Shown in pieces: positions 51,801-64,000 of a stretch of DNA of 64,000 nt (position 1 is the first letter of the stretch; each line of letters opens with the position of its first letter). The stretch covers positions 15,128,001 to 15,192,000 of the forward strand of contig OZ176050.1 of NCBI GenBank assembly GCA_964247055.1, given 5' to 3'. The notes beneath the pieces were generated by a model. The model worked only from the letters and a program-made list of their open reading frames with translations, was not told where the DNA came from and did no database searches. Source of the DNA: Paragordius varius (taxonomy: Eukaryota; Animalia; Nematomorpha). Both the position numbers and the translations under genes were made by a program.

Positions 51801-54682
51801 TAGCTAACTTTTGATGAAACTTCATACTATTTTCAAGCATGATATAAAAGGTATAAGAAACGCTTTAGGATAATAAAAAACACTTTTTATATATAAATCG
51901 ATGAGACTCAACCTTTCTATAAGTTCAGAATTTTAATTTAAAAGTTTGTTTGCTTTCAAATTTCGGTAAATTTTCGTAAGAAACACAATTTATATTTATC
52001 ACAATTTGAAGAAGATATTTTAGTAAAATATTTGAGGTGATAAAAATATTAAGAAATTTAGAATACTGAAAGCTGAAAAACTTGGTTGAAAATTACCAAA
52101 ATACTTATTGCATTTTCGATTTCAAATACACAATGATAATTACCAATTTTGGGGAGCGGAAATGGTATCTGAAAATATTCTCTGTAAAAATTTAAAGATT
52201 TGACGGCATAATCTAAAGCAAATTTAGCTTGATCGATTTGTTGCCGAGGAACATATACACTGATCTATACAAGGAACAAATATGAAATTTATAGTTTATT
52301 AATTATAGAAATACATCAATAAATTTTATTTTAATAAAAATATGCATTTAATACTTTTACACCATATCTTGTTTTGGTCACAGCTTTGAAATCACAAATA
52401 ACCCAGGCCACCAAATATGTACTCATTAAAGGTGATGGCAAAAAAACATCCCTTTCTATGTTTGCAGAAAAATTTTTAACAGTCCTGACTTTTGGCATGT
52501 TTGAGAGCGATATGAGATTTGAGGGTCTGTCTAAAGTTATCAAAAACACAGCCTTGCGATCTGGTTCATCCATACAAGGGAAGGCTTGGCGTGCAAAGTT
52601 GGGTTCAAATTGGGTAGATAGCAAATAACTGTGATTAAAAACGAAAGTAAGATTATTTTTACAAAAAACTTTAATTTAGCGCCACTTCATCAAACCTTTA
52701 CTGTAGATATTAATGTTTTAAAATTAATCATCAATGCTAACTATCCAGTTTGATGTATATTAATTTTTTATGCTTTATTCTTAAAGCATAAATTTTTTTA
52801 TATAACAATAACAATATTGTATATTTTTAAGTATTTTCGTTTACTGAGTGCTCTTATTATAATCGGTATATTGGCTTGAATATAATCCTGTCAAAGTACG
52901 GCTTATGTTACCATGGTAATTGATTGTCAACTTATATTGGTTGTGTGCCAAAAGTGGAGCGTTGAAATTGAATTTCCTCAAAGCATGTGTCAAATCGATC
53001 CGAACCATTTCAAATACATTGTCCTCATAAACTATGTCTTCAGGAGAAATTAAGATAAACGGAAAAGATTTTTCCGTATTATTTTTTGATATCGATTCAA
53101 GTGTCACACGACTAAAACGTAATCCCTTATTATTGAGCACGATAGTAGAAGTGTTTTGCAAAACAAGGAATGTAAATTCGAGACGACCTAAAATCAAAAT
53201 GGGTTATTATTGTGTTTTTATGGCTAATTCATTAAGACTTAATGAAGTTACTTGTATTAGATGCATATTTAAAATATATATAATTACATAGAGGGTGCAA
53301 AAAAAAGCATATAAATCATATATGATAGCAAGCTTGGATAGATTAGAATCAAAATGATAAATGCTGTTTAAATACTAGAAAAAAGTCATGCTATTAACGA
53401 AATTATCGCTTTTTATCGGACATTAGGTTGAATGGTGACAATAGAGGAAACCACGTCGTTTAAATATAATTTGTTAATATGTACAAAATTAAATTTAGTT
53501 AGATTATAGTTACAACACATAGACTTTTTATAGTGGATTTTTTTAAAAGAAACTCATTTTAAATTGCGAGCTAAAATTATATTGATATTATTTCACTCTA
53601 TAGTTGGGCAATTCGCAACACAATAGTGTATGGAAATAACATTTTGAATAAACAATTATTTCCTTTTTTCATACACTCCTATGTTGTAAATTGCCCTTCA
53701 ATGGTGTAAAATAAGCAACCATTAAAATGCATTCTGTAATATAAATTTTTGGCGCCATCTTGGCTTTGGATTCCGGTTTTTAAATCTCCTTAGTAGCTTT
53801 TACAAAAGTCTGTCTCGTTATTTAGAAAAAATATTTATATTATCTATATTTTTTATTATTTTTATTCAACGTACCAAAAATTAAAATGACTTTTTCCAGT
53901 ATAACCGCATTTATCATTTCATTATTTATTGCTTTTGATTATCGAATGACCTATTATGGATGATTTTAAAAGAATATTTGAGCATCATTTTTATCGCACA
54001 GTGTTGTTTAGCCCTAACAATTTTTTATTATTGTCACAATATAAATAATTTAAAAATAATAATTTGTGAAACCATTAAATGAATGACATCGAGGCAGAGT
54101 TGTATTCAAATTAAACCAATTAGGTGAAATCGTTATATTGTACGAAAGCGGTTTAATCGTTCGTGGTAATCGGTAATTGGTATCTTCAAAGAATTTCACA
54201 TGAGTTTTGGAATCATTTGATCCAAATCCAATATTATGGCCAAGAAAACCAGAACCGGATGCTGACCACACAATGGGTATCTATTTATATAAATTAAATA
54301 TTCTAATTTGAAAGTGGTCAAAATACAGTTGCTTGATTCCAATGTAAAAGTTCAATTAATATCAGTTGTATTTTACTGCCTACCTACTACAAACTATAGT
54401 TGGTCATACCTCACAGGAAACAGTTTTTTCCTTTTTTACATAATATGTTTATTTAATTCAGTGTTTTGATGTTGTTTCCCCTTCTCTACTGTGTTGCGAA
54501 TCGACCAACTATAGTGTGAAATAAGCACCCATTAAAATTCATATTGTATTACAATTTATGAAATGTCACACATAGTATATCAGTAAGCTTTTGTTTTTGG
54601 ATAATAACATTTAAAATAACAAGCATTTAAATATTTGACGACTTACCATTTGCATTTCAAGAGTGGTTCTTAAACATTTCAT
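36865..54682 (-). CDS. M1-family zinc aminopeptidase (aminopeptidase N/ERAP-like), about 1011 aa, 18 exons: 54647-54682 (tentative), 54073-54280, 52845-53187, 52355-52628, 52144-52264, 49883-50037, 48738-48846, 47031-47234, 46586-46675, 46249-46316, 44651-44881, 43301-43527, 42819-42898, 42101-42299, 41541-41661, 40044-40210, 37397-37620, 36865-37043
   Basis: [85 protein letters not shown] (HEXXH-X18-E intact), ISYNK, and ERAP1_C-like C-terminal helices. All junctions are GT-AG and in phase (3036 nt). Confidence 0.93.
37947..39006 (-). mobile_element. Non-autonomous Helitron, copy 2, inside an aminopeptidase intron
   Basis: Same termini as copy 1 (A|TCTATATATTTATAAAAATGG ... CTAG|T) with a partly deleted hairpin (GTCC-TTC-GGAC on +) and the same internal subrepeats. 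Confidence 0.8.
39010..39804 (-). pseudogene. Degenerate mariner (Mos1-like) transposase
   Basis: Broken frames give HQKKKAVE...[26 protein letters not shown] (WVPHEL-like), [33 protein letters not shown] and [12 protein letters not shown], collinear with Mos1. Many stops, frameshifts and deletions; the YSPDL region is not recognisable. Confidence 0.85.
40901..41248. mobile_element. Tc1/mariner-type MITE, same family, with duplicated right end
   Basis: TA-CAGTGAAAATTGG...GGACAAAA left end. The right end TTTTGTCCG(T/C)ATAATTTCAATT occurs twice, the second ending CTACTG-TA. Confidence 0.72.
44940..44965. repeat. (TA)n microsatellite
   Basis: Perfect TA run. Confidence 0.85.
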
Positions 54683-55080
54683 GTTGGTCCTTTGACTTTT
54701 TTTTAATTTTTATTTATCCAATCGTAAAATATTCATTTATTGTTTTAACCCATTTTCCATTATTAAGAAGTTTATATCAATAACAACTTTTAATCATTCA
54801 GAATCCGTATATCTTCATTAATTTTTTTAAATGATTTTGATAATTCATAAGATTTTAACACTTAATTAAAAATATATAAATTTTCTGGGTTATTATCTAC
54901 AATTTTTCGTTGAAAACATTTAAACGGTAATATTATTGTAAAATTGGAAAAAAATTAATTTGAAATTAAAAAGTGATTTTTGGATAAAATTTGGAATAAT
55001 TATATATTAAATAAAGAAATTTTAAAAAATAAGAAAATAAAATATGCAAAAATTATGGTTGAATCAAAATTTGAAAATTT

Positions 55081-55235
55081 TAAGGACCAACTTGAAGTGT
55101 TCAATGACCAACTTAAAGTGTTCAACCTCTTGAAATGATCATGGACAAACTTGAAGTGTTTAAACCAAAGTCTTCAAAGACCTCCTGAAATGTTCATGGA
55201 CAAACTTGAAGTGTTCAAGGACACTCTTAAAGTGC
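55081..55235. repeat. Short tandem repeat of GGACCAACTTGAAGTGTTCA-like units (dispersed family)
   Basis: Several imperfect units. Related units lie at about 20776-20810, 21214-21285, 54671-54690 and 59609-59630. Confidence 0.7.
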
Positions 55236-55318
55236 AGATGGAAATTTATACAAAATTTTGAAATCAGCTAAATACATTTTTAAAAATGCATACTTTCAAA
55301 AATTAAAATTTTCGATCT

Positions 55319-55551
55319 TGTTGAGGCGTACTTCATACCATTTTCAGCAGGATGGAAACGATATAAACGGTTAATTAAGTTATATAAAAATTGTGTTTTC
55401 ACAAAAATTGGCCAAAGTTTGCAAGCAAACAAACGTTAAAATTAAAATTCTGCACCTATAGTAATTTCAACATCAAGGAATTATTTAGAAAAAGGGTAAT
55501 CAGCGTACCGTTTCCGTCATGCTTCGAAATAGTATGAAGTACGCTTCAACA
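55319..55551. mobile_element. Small inverted-repeat element (MITE-like)
   Basis: TGTTGAGGCGTACTTCATACCA vs TAGTATGAAGTACGCTTCAACA inverted termini. A related end fragment lies at about 57085-57131. Confidence 0.6.
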
Positions 55552-57661
55552 AAATATCTCAAATATGTATGCAAAAAAATAAGAATACTTAGGAAAAAAA
55601 ATTAAGACAAATCATACCTCCCTGTTAATGAGTATAGAAAACGTAAAAACTCTAATTTTTGATAAGAAAATGTTATTTCGAAATCATCCATATATAATAA
55701 CTTTCTTTATAATATAACTTTTTTGTTAATTTTGAATCTTAAGGCACCCCTTATTGCAGAAGCCTTAAGTGAAAGAACCATTAGTCTGAATCTTATTGTG
55801 TGGGGTCCGAGATTTATAGTTTTTCCACTGCGCTAAAGGCTGCAACCCATAATTTTATGTTCAAATAGAGCAGTAAAAAATATTAACCAATTAAGAAACC
55901 ATAAAATGAACCATTTTTTTTTACAAATTATGAGTTTTTTTACAGAGAATATTATATTAAATTCTAAAATAATTATTTTCAATAAACTAAAGGAAATTAA
56001 TACAAAAGTGGGCTCAGTACAGTCGCAGTTCTTTTCTGAAAACCCAGTACTGTACTGCGAAAATAAGCCTATCTGATCACATTATAAAAATTTAATCAAA
56101 TGATAAGTTGTGTAATTTTTAAATTTGAAGTATACTATATATTGCGATTTTGCTATTACTTCTCTTATATTTTTTAGAGACTAGAGTTATACCTGATGGC
56201 AGAGGTTTAGGGATATTAATATTTTTATGAGTAACATTCAATCGATCAAATAAAATTAAAAAATATATTGATAGTTTAAAAAATATTGAAGTTCAAAATG
56301 TTAGTAGAAAAATATTGACATGCACTTCAAAAAAAATAACCCTATTTTTTTACCTATTTTCTGGTAGTTCAAACTGTTTGTTTATATAAACACATAACGG
56401 TAATCCCATATTTTTTTGTACTTTAAACTTATTTCACTTGAATGAAATCTATTTACAAATGTTGTGTTTTGGAATTTCCCAGCTTTGTACCTTAGTTAAA
56501 TATTTATTGAGTTTTGAAACATTATTTTCCAAAAAATGTGTAATTTATTGAATTTAATTGCGAACTATAATCAGGCCAAATTAATTAGCTCTAACTTAGG
56601 CCTAGCAAGCGTGACAGATGTTAAATTAAGGCTTTATAAATAATATCTAAGCGAATATTCGCCAATCGTTTTATATTTATTTGGGAAAGTGCCAATTTTC
56701 ATATTTATTCTGTATTTATCAACTCTCCTGGTAAAAAGACATTTTTTTGCAAAACCTCTTCTCCACAAATAAATATTTGAGGCAATTATATAACTATGAT
56801 GATACAATATATTAATAGTAGTTATGGCATTTCAAGTATAAAAGCAAAAAAATTTATCTCAGCATTATTTTAAATGCGCCACCATGTAAAAAACGGCGTA
56901 ATGCGGCCAAAGTTGTGATGTAAACATAATTAATAATTGGTTTTTTACATGTTCCCAAAATTAAAATTTCAGTTGAGTGCTTTTATGTAACATTTATTTA
57001 AATAGCGGATATTTTAAAAAGGATATGAGGTGAAAAATGTTTAGCATCAATGTATTTAGTAAAATTTGTAATATCTTAAGGCGATTTATCGTTTCCATCA
57101 TCGCTCAAAAAAGTATAAAGTACGTTTCAACATATTTTAATAATTAAACAAACTATGCATTTTTTAAAATATTTTTATGATTGAAATTTTGCATATTTCA
57201 TTTATTTCAAACAATTTTTCAAAAATATTGTTTTGCTTTTTATATGCAGTATATAAAGTAAATTGAATAATGCATTTAGCTTTTAAAAAATTATGTGTAA
57301 CAAAATGTACGCGTTTGCATTTCAAGAGTCTGTTTTGAGGCTTCGAGGTTCCTGAAAGTTTATTAAACATTTTAGTTCTGATTTTTCAAGTTTCTTATGT
57401 TAACTAAAGGTGTTTATAATTAGATATTCTATTCCAAATCATCAAATACACGTAAACAGCAGTAATAATAAGCTATACATACATACAGTTTTTATAATTA
57501 CTTTATAAAAATGGTTGTTTAAAATGACTAAATTTAGAATTGGTACAAAATTAAATACATTATTTTTAATAGGTTGTTTTATAAAAATAAATAATAATAA
57601 TAAAAAGTAATCATATCAAAATAATTGGAGTGAATTCGATTATATTAATAATAAATAATTA

Positions 57662-59573
57662 CAGTCATGTAGACTTTATATTGTTAAAGATTTACTTTTT
57701 TTCGTTAATTGGGTATTAATATTTGGTAAAGAATATAAAAACAAGAGCAATATGGTATTACCATATTATATTCTTTAAAAAAGTAAAATAAGTGTGGGGG
57801 AAGGGCGTCGGAAATATTTAGTAAAAAATGAAAATCTTAAAATATTGTTATAGGGGAATGGTAATATTTTTGTTAATCTTTTAGCAAATTTTATATGTTG
57901 ATTTTTTTTAAAAATTTGTTTCGCACTACACATATGAAAGAGGATTGACGTGAGAATTAACATAATTAATTTGATGAATATTTTGTATGTTAAAATTTAA
58001 GAATATTACAGCAATTTATGTCAACATTTGAAATATTGTTGTTACGTATTTAGATGCGGAATTTTGTGGGTTTTTATTTTTAATAATTTAATAAATAGTA
58101 AAATAGGTATTTTAATATTATTTAGGATTCATAATTAAATTCAATAATTACTATTTTTCAACATGATAAATATCTGTATTAATCGAAATCGGTATTATTA
58201 TTTTTAATAGTTGTTATTCGTAATTAAAATACAGGTTATATATATGTGAAAATTTAATTAGATTATAGATTGGTTTTGTTTTTATGTTTTTCATGGTTAA
58301 TTTTTATGTCTTTACATTTTAATCAGGTAAAAATTTAGGTTTTTAAATTTAGTCAAATTTAATTTTTTTGTTTTTTATTTAACATTGTTAATTGTAATTA
58401 ATTACTACATATTTTAAACATTTTAATAAATACAGGTGAAAATTGTGGTTTTTAATAAATTTAGTTAAATTGAATTTTTTTGTTTTTTTATTTAACATTG
58501 TTAATTGTAAATTACTACATATTTGGAAATTTTAAAAAATACAGGTGAAAATGGCAGTTTTTAAAATTTAACATTTTTTGTATCATTGTTATTTGTTATT
58601 AATTAATAAATATTTTGGACTTTTAAAAAAAAAGGTGAAAATTGCGGTTTTTAATAAATTCGTAAAATTTTTAATGTTTTGTTCAACCTCGCTAATTTAT
58701 TAATTACTATATATTTTTGATACATTGATATATACAGGTAAAAATTACTATCATTTGAATAAATTAGCAAGGTTGAACAAAACATTAAAAATTTATTAAT
58801 TTTATTAAAAACCGCAATTTTCACCTGTTTTTTAAATGTCGAAAATATTTGATAATTAATAATACAAAAAAATTAAATTTGACTAAATTTAAAAACCGCA
58901 TTTTTTACCTGATTAAAATGTAAAGACATAAAAATTAACCATGAAAAACATAAAAACAAAACCAATCTTTAATCTAATTAAATTTTCACATATATATAAC
59001 CTGTATTTTAATTACTAATAACAACTATTTAAAATAATAATCCCAATTTCGATTAATACAGGTATTTATCATGTTGAAAAATAGTAATTATTGAATTTAA
59101 TTTTGAATCCTAAATAATATTAAAATACCTATTTTACTATTTATTAAATTATTAAAAATAAAAACCCACAAAATTCCGCATCTAAATACGTAACAACAAT
59201 ATTTCAAATGTTGACATAAATTGCTGTAATATTCTTAAATTTTAACATACAAAATATTCATCAAATTAATTATGTTAATTCTCACGTCAATCCTCTTTCA
59301 TATGTGTAGTGCGAAACAAATTTTTAAAAAAAATCAACATATAAAATTTGCTAAAAGATTAACAAAAATATTACCATTCCCCTATAACAATATTTTAAGA
59401 TTTTCATTTTTTACTAAATATTTCCGACGCCCTTCCCCCACACTTATTTTACTTTTTTAAAGAATATGATATGGTAATACCATATTGCTCTTGTTTTTAT
59501 ATTCTTTACCAAATATTAATACCCAATTAACCAAAAAAAGTAAATCTTTAACAATATAAAGTCTACATGACTG
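57662..59573. mobile_element. 1.9-kb foldback (palindromic) element with Tc1/mariner-type termini
   Basis: TA|CAGTCATGTAGAC ... GTCTACATGACTG|TA. Arms are nearly identical over about 700 bp (the track gives the same 62-aa ORF at 57775-57963 minus and 59272-59460 plus). Inner ~100-bp subrepeats and a spacer of only about 60 bp. Confidence 0.85.
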
Positions 59574-59697
59574 TAAATGGTTTAAAATACTTGGCAATAA
59601 TAAGTTCAGGACCAACATGAAATGTTTAAAGAACTGGTGTTTAACATGAGATGTTAATAGTTCTCTTTAAGATGTTGAAGTATTAAACAAATAAATA

Positions 59698-59935
59698 CAG
59701 TCATGTAGTCTTTATTTTATCAAAAATTTACTTTTTTTTGTTAAATGGGTATAAATATTTGATAAAGAATAGACAAACAAGAGTTATATGGTATTAATCA
59801 TATCATATTTATTAAAAGAGAAAAAGAAGTGTGGGGCAAGGGCGTCCAAAATCTTTGGTAAAAAAATGAAAATTAAAATATTGTTAAAGGGGAATGGTAA
59901 TATTTGTGTTACTCAAAATTTTATATATTATTTTT
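59698..59935. mobile_element. Diverged half-copy of the foldback element's arm
   Basis: TA-CAGTCATGTAGTCTTT... matches 57662-57890 with many substitutions. Confidence 0.75.
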
Positions 59936-61250
59936 TTTGGTAAAATTTTATTTAACGACTCAAATTGGGCTATCTAAATATACCCCAGACTAAATATGAG
60001 TTAGAATTTTAAAAAACTATGTGAAAGAAACGGTCCCAATTTAATTATGCTTCTTTCCTTATAAAAATTATATAAATATGCCAAAATTTCTAGATAAATT
60101 TTTTTAAAAAAGTTCCATGTGAGGCAAGCGATATATTTTGTATTATTATTCATATTTACCATTTCACACATGTCACGTTGACTAAATTTTACCTTCTGGT
60201 TTTAGCTTAAAAATGAATGTGTTGTATCCAAGTGTTAAACAAAACAAATTAACCTCTTAAAATAATTTTTTTAATAGGATATCACAATAAATAACCTTTG
60301 GACTTATACATTTTCCTATAATATTTTTATTTGTTTCATTTATTATGCTACACTATATTTCTTTCACTATACATTTGACATTTCATAATAATTGTTTGAT
60401 TTAATTTTGGTTGTATTATTATAATAATAATTTTGTTAATGATTTAATTAAAAGTCAGGAACTCAAAATGGAACGGGTTCTAAATGTGAAGAACCGGTTC
60501 CGGAACCGCTAAATTTTTAAGGAACAAACGCGGTTCTGGTTTCACTTGTTTAGGAACCGACCCAGTCCCGGTTTCACTTTTTTAAACCGGTTTCAAGCCC
60601 TGATAAAAACTTTTGTTTTATTTTGAGCTCAATTTTGGATGATACATCATCTAAATAATTGTAAATTTTGATTGAAATTCAATTTTATATATTTTAACAT
60701 TTTTTTAGAGCATTCTTGAATACCGAAAAAAGTGGACATTCTTGGTTTAACAAATATGGATATTCGTATATAAAAATATTTGCTTTAATTTTATACGTTT
60801 TGTCTATAATTTTAATTTTTAAGAAAATATATAGAGGTATAGATAACACAATAGGGTTTTAGTTTTAATTTTAAAATAAAACTTGCTAATAACTATAATA
60901 TTGGTTGTAAAAAAATATTAGTGTTCTAAAAAATTAAGGGTATCGGAATCGTTACCTGCTCTAATTGATCTTTGAAAAGGCACAAAAAATAGATTGTAAA
61001 AAATAACATCAACATATCTCAATATATTATATATGTTTTATTTATTTTTTGTAAGATATAGTTACCCCATTTTTGGGGTTAATGATGGATAAAAAACATT
61101 AATTAAATATAATGCTTATAACAAATTTTTTTGTAAATAAGTTATGTGAGTAAGAGAGCTGTATTGGAATTATATGAAAAGGAAAATGTCTTAAAGCATT
61201 AGATGTTTTTGATGCTGGTGTACATAGATTATCTTATTATTATGATTTGG

Positions 61251-64000
61251 ATCCATCCGTCACCGAAACCACGCTTTTCAGTATTAGGATAGATGGAGTT
61301 AGGAATGTTGGTGGATTTGGCTTAGAACCAATTTGAACAGATTTTGCCGGACGGTTTTTTGTAAGACTTGGACCTGATTGATGCAACTGTCTTAATGGAT
61401 TATCGGATATTGAGTTTACATCCATCCGTCACCGAAACCACCCCTTTTCAGTTTTAGGATAGATGGAGTTAGGAATGTTGGACAACTGATTTTGATGTAA
61501 CTGTGCTATTGGATTATCGTATATTAAGTTTACATCCATCCGTCACCGAAACCACCCCTTTTCAGTATTAGGATAGATGGAGTTAGGAATGTTGGACAAC
61601 TGATTTTGATGTAACTGTGCTATTGGATTATCGTATATAGAGTTTACATCCATCCGTCACCGAAACCAACTCTTTTCAGTATTAGGATAGATGGAGTTAG
61701 GAATGTTGGACAACTGATTTTGATGTAACTGTGCTATTGGATTATCGTATATAGAGTTTACATCCATCCGTCACCGAAACCACCCCTTTTCAGTATTAGG
61801 ATAGATGGAGTTAGGAATGTTGGACAACTGATTTTGATGTAACTGTGCTATTGGATTATCGTATATAGAGTTTACATCCATCCGTCACCGAAACCACCCC
61901 TTTTCAGTATTAGGATAGATGGAGTTAGGAATGTTGGACAACTGATTTTGATGTAACTGTGCTATTGGATTATCGTATATAGAGTATACATCCATCCGTC
62001 ACCGAAACCACCCCTTTTCAGTATTAGGATAGATGGAGTTAGGAATGTCGGACAACTGACTTTAACTGTGCTAATGGATTATCGTATATAGAGTTTACAT
62101 CCATCCGCCACCGAAACCACCCCTTTTCAGTTTTAGGATAGATGGAGTTAGGAATGTTGGACAACTGATTTTGATGTAACTGTGCTATTGGATTATCGTA
62201 TATTAAGTTTACATCCATCCGTAACCGAAACCACCCCTTTTCAGTTTTAGGATAGATGGAGTTAGGAATGTTGGACAACTGATTTTGATGTAACTGTGTT
62301 AATGGATTATCGTATATTAAGTTTACATCCATCCGTCACCGAAACCACCCCTTTTCAGTATTAGGATAGATGGAGTTAGGAATGTTGGACAACTGATTTT
62401 GATGTAACTGTGCTATTGGATTATCGTATATAGAGTTAACATCCATCCGTCACCGAAACCACCCCTTTTCAGTATTAGGATAGATGGAGTTAGGAATGTT
62501 GGACAACTGATTTTGATGTAACTGTGTTAATGGATTATCGTATATTAAGTTTACATCCATCCGTCACCGAAACCACCCCTTTTCAGTATTAGGATAGATG
62601 GAGTTAGGAATGTTGGACAACTGATTTTGATGTAACTGTGCTATTGGATTATCGTATATAGAGTTTACATCCATCCGTCACCGAAACCACCCCTTTTCAG
62701 TATTAGGATAGATGGAGTTAGGAATGTTGGACAACTGATTTTGATGTAACTGTGCTATTGGATTATCGTATATTAAGTTTACATCCATCCGTAACTGAAA
62801 CCACCCCTTTTCAGTTTTAGGATAGATGGAGTTAGGAATGTTGGACAACTGATTTTGATGTAACTGTGCTATTGGATTATCGTATATTAAGTTTACATCC
62901 ATCCGTCACCGAAACCACCCCTTTTCAGTTTTAGGATAGATGGAGTTAGGAATGTTGGACAACTGATTTTGATGTAACTGTGCTATTGGATTATCGTATA
63001 TTAAGTTTACATCCATCTGTAACCGAAACCACCCCTTTTTAGTTTTAGGATAGATGGAGTTAGGAATGTTGGACAACTGATTTTGATGTAACTATGTTAA
63101 TGGATTATCGTATATTAAGTTTACATCCATCCGTCACCGAAACCACCCCTTTTCAGTATTAGGATAGATGGAGTTAGGAATGTTGGACAACTGATTTTGA
63201 TGTAACTGTGCTATTGGATTATCGTATATAGAGTTTACATCCATCGGTCACCGAAACCACCCCTTTTCAGTATTAGGATAGATGGAGTTAGGAATGTTGG
63301 ACAACTGATTTTGATGTAACTGTGCTACTGGATTATCGTATATAGAGTTTACATCCATCCGTCACCGAAAACACCCCTTTTCAGTTTTAGGATAGATGGA
63401 GTTAGGAATGTCGGACAACTGATTTTAACTGTGCTATTGGATTATCGTATATAGAGTTTACATCCATCCGTAACCGAAACCACCCCTTTTCAGTATTAGG
63501 ATAGATGGAGTTAGGAATGTTGGACAACTGATTTTGATGTAACTGTGCTATTGGATTATCGTATATAGAGTTTACATCCATCCGTCACCGAAACCACCCC
63601 TTTTCAGTATTAGGATAGATGGAGTTAGGAATGTTGGACAACTGATTTTGATGTAACTGTGCTATTGGATTATCGTATATAGAGTTTACATCCATCCGTC
63701 ACCGAAAACACCCCTTTTCAGTTTTAGGATAGATGGAGTTAGGAATGTCGGACAACTGATTTTAACTGTGCTATTGGATTATCGTATATAGAGTTTACAT
63801 CCATCCGTCACCGAAACCACCCCTTTTCAGTATTAGGATAGATGGAGTTAGGAATGTTGGACAACTGATTTTGATGTAACTGTGCTATTGGATTATCGTA
63901 TATAGAGTTTACATCCATCCGTCACCGAAACCACCCCTTTTCAGTTTTAGGATAGATGGAGTTAGGAATGTTGGACAACTGATTTTGATGTAACTGTACT
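61251..64000. repeat. 114-bp tandem repeat array (satellite/minisatellite), continuing beyond the window
   Basis: Unit starts (CATCCATC) at 61419, 61533, 61647 ... 63912: 22 complete units (19 of 114 bp, 3 of 109 bp) plus partial ends. Highly homogeneous and more GC-rich than the flanks. Confidence 0.97.

Noticed and set aside
3388-53291. Antisense or alternate-frame track ORFs over real exons (e.g. 3388-3636, 6764-6994, 7962-8231, 9922-10122, 21637-21858, 52374-52628, 53034-53291)
   Set aside because: These are shadows of true coding exons with no independent splice or homology support.
57775-59460. Duplicated 62-aa protein gene (two identical track ORFs)
   Set aside because: The ORFs are mirror images within the palindrome arms, start at non-ATG codons and show no recognisable homology.
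60465-60605. GGAACCGGTT-rich segment ending AAGCCCTG as a hAT-type MITE
   Set aside because: Only one plausible terminus and no 8-bp target duplication could be confirmed.
61251-64000. CRISPR array
   Set aside because: Units are nearly identical along their whole length with no unique spacers, there are no cas genes, and the context is eukaryotic.
61419-64000. A 43-48-nt GT-AG intron in every array unit (GTAAAC...AAAATCAG, minus strand), giving an open 22-aa repeat
   Set aside because: It would absorb the 5-bp deletions, but the acceptor is purine-rich, unlike the T-rich TTTAG acceptors of real introns here. There is no independent support.
1-64000. tRNA, rRNA or snRNA genes
   Set aside because: No cloverleaf, A/B-box pair or rRNA-like segment was recognised by eye. 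A covariance-model search would be needed to exclude small intronic snoRNAs.

Overview
Very AT-rich, intron-rich eukaryotic DNA, most likely from an invertebrate animal (inferred from a C3orf33-like gene and a Mos1-type mariner remnant; the species cannot be identified here). Splicing exons by hand gives six genes: the 3' part of pescadillo (PES1, +), OLA1/YchF (+), a UBE3C-type HECT ligase (-), a two-exon BolA gene missed by the ORF track (+), a C3orf33-like gene (+) and an 18-exon M1 aminopeptidase (-). Introns and intergenic DNA carry Tc1/mariner-type MITEs, a piggyBac-like MITE, two non-autonomous Helitrons, a dead mariner transposase, a 1.9-kb foldback palindrome and a 114-bp tandem array that runs off the window end. 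Main oddities: (i) two obligatory 23-nt GT-AG introns among introns mostly 0.1-2.4 kb long, one of which must skip a TAG to use a GAG acceptor; (ii) an in-frame TAA inside the otherwise intact, collinear C3orf33-like coding exon; (iii) a tandem array whose units read as 36-aa ORFs joined by TGA-CGG-ATG, a known readthrough context; (iv) repeated ~200-bp duplications that copy OLA1 exon boundaries into introns; (v) a GGTEN variant of the GAMEN motif in the aminopeptidase. Homology calls rest on my recollection of family sequences, not on database searches.
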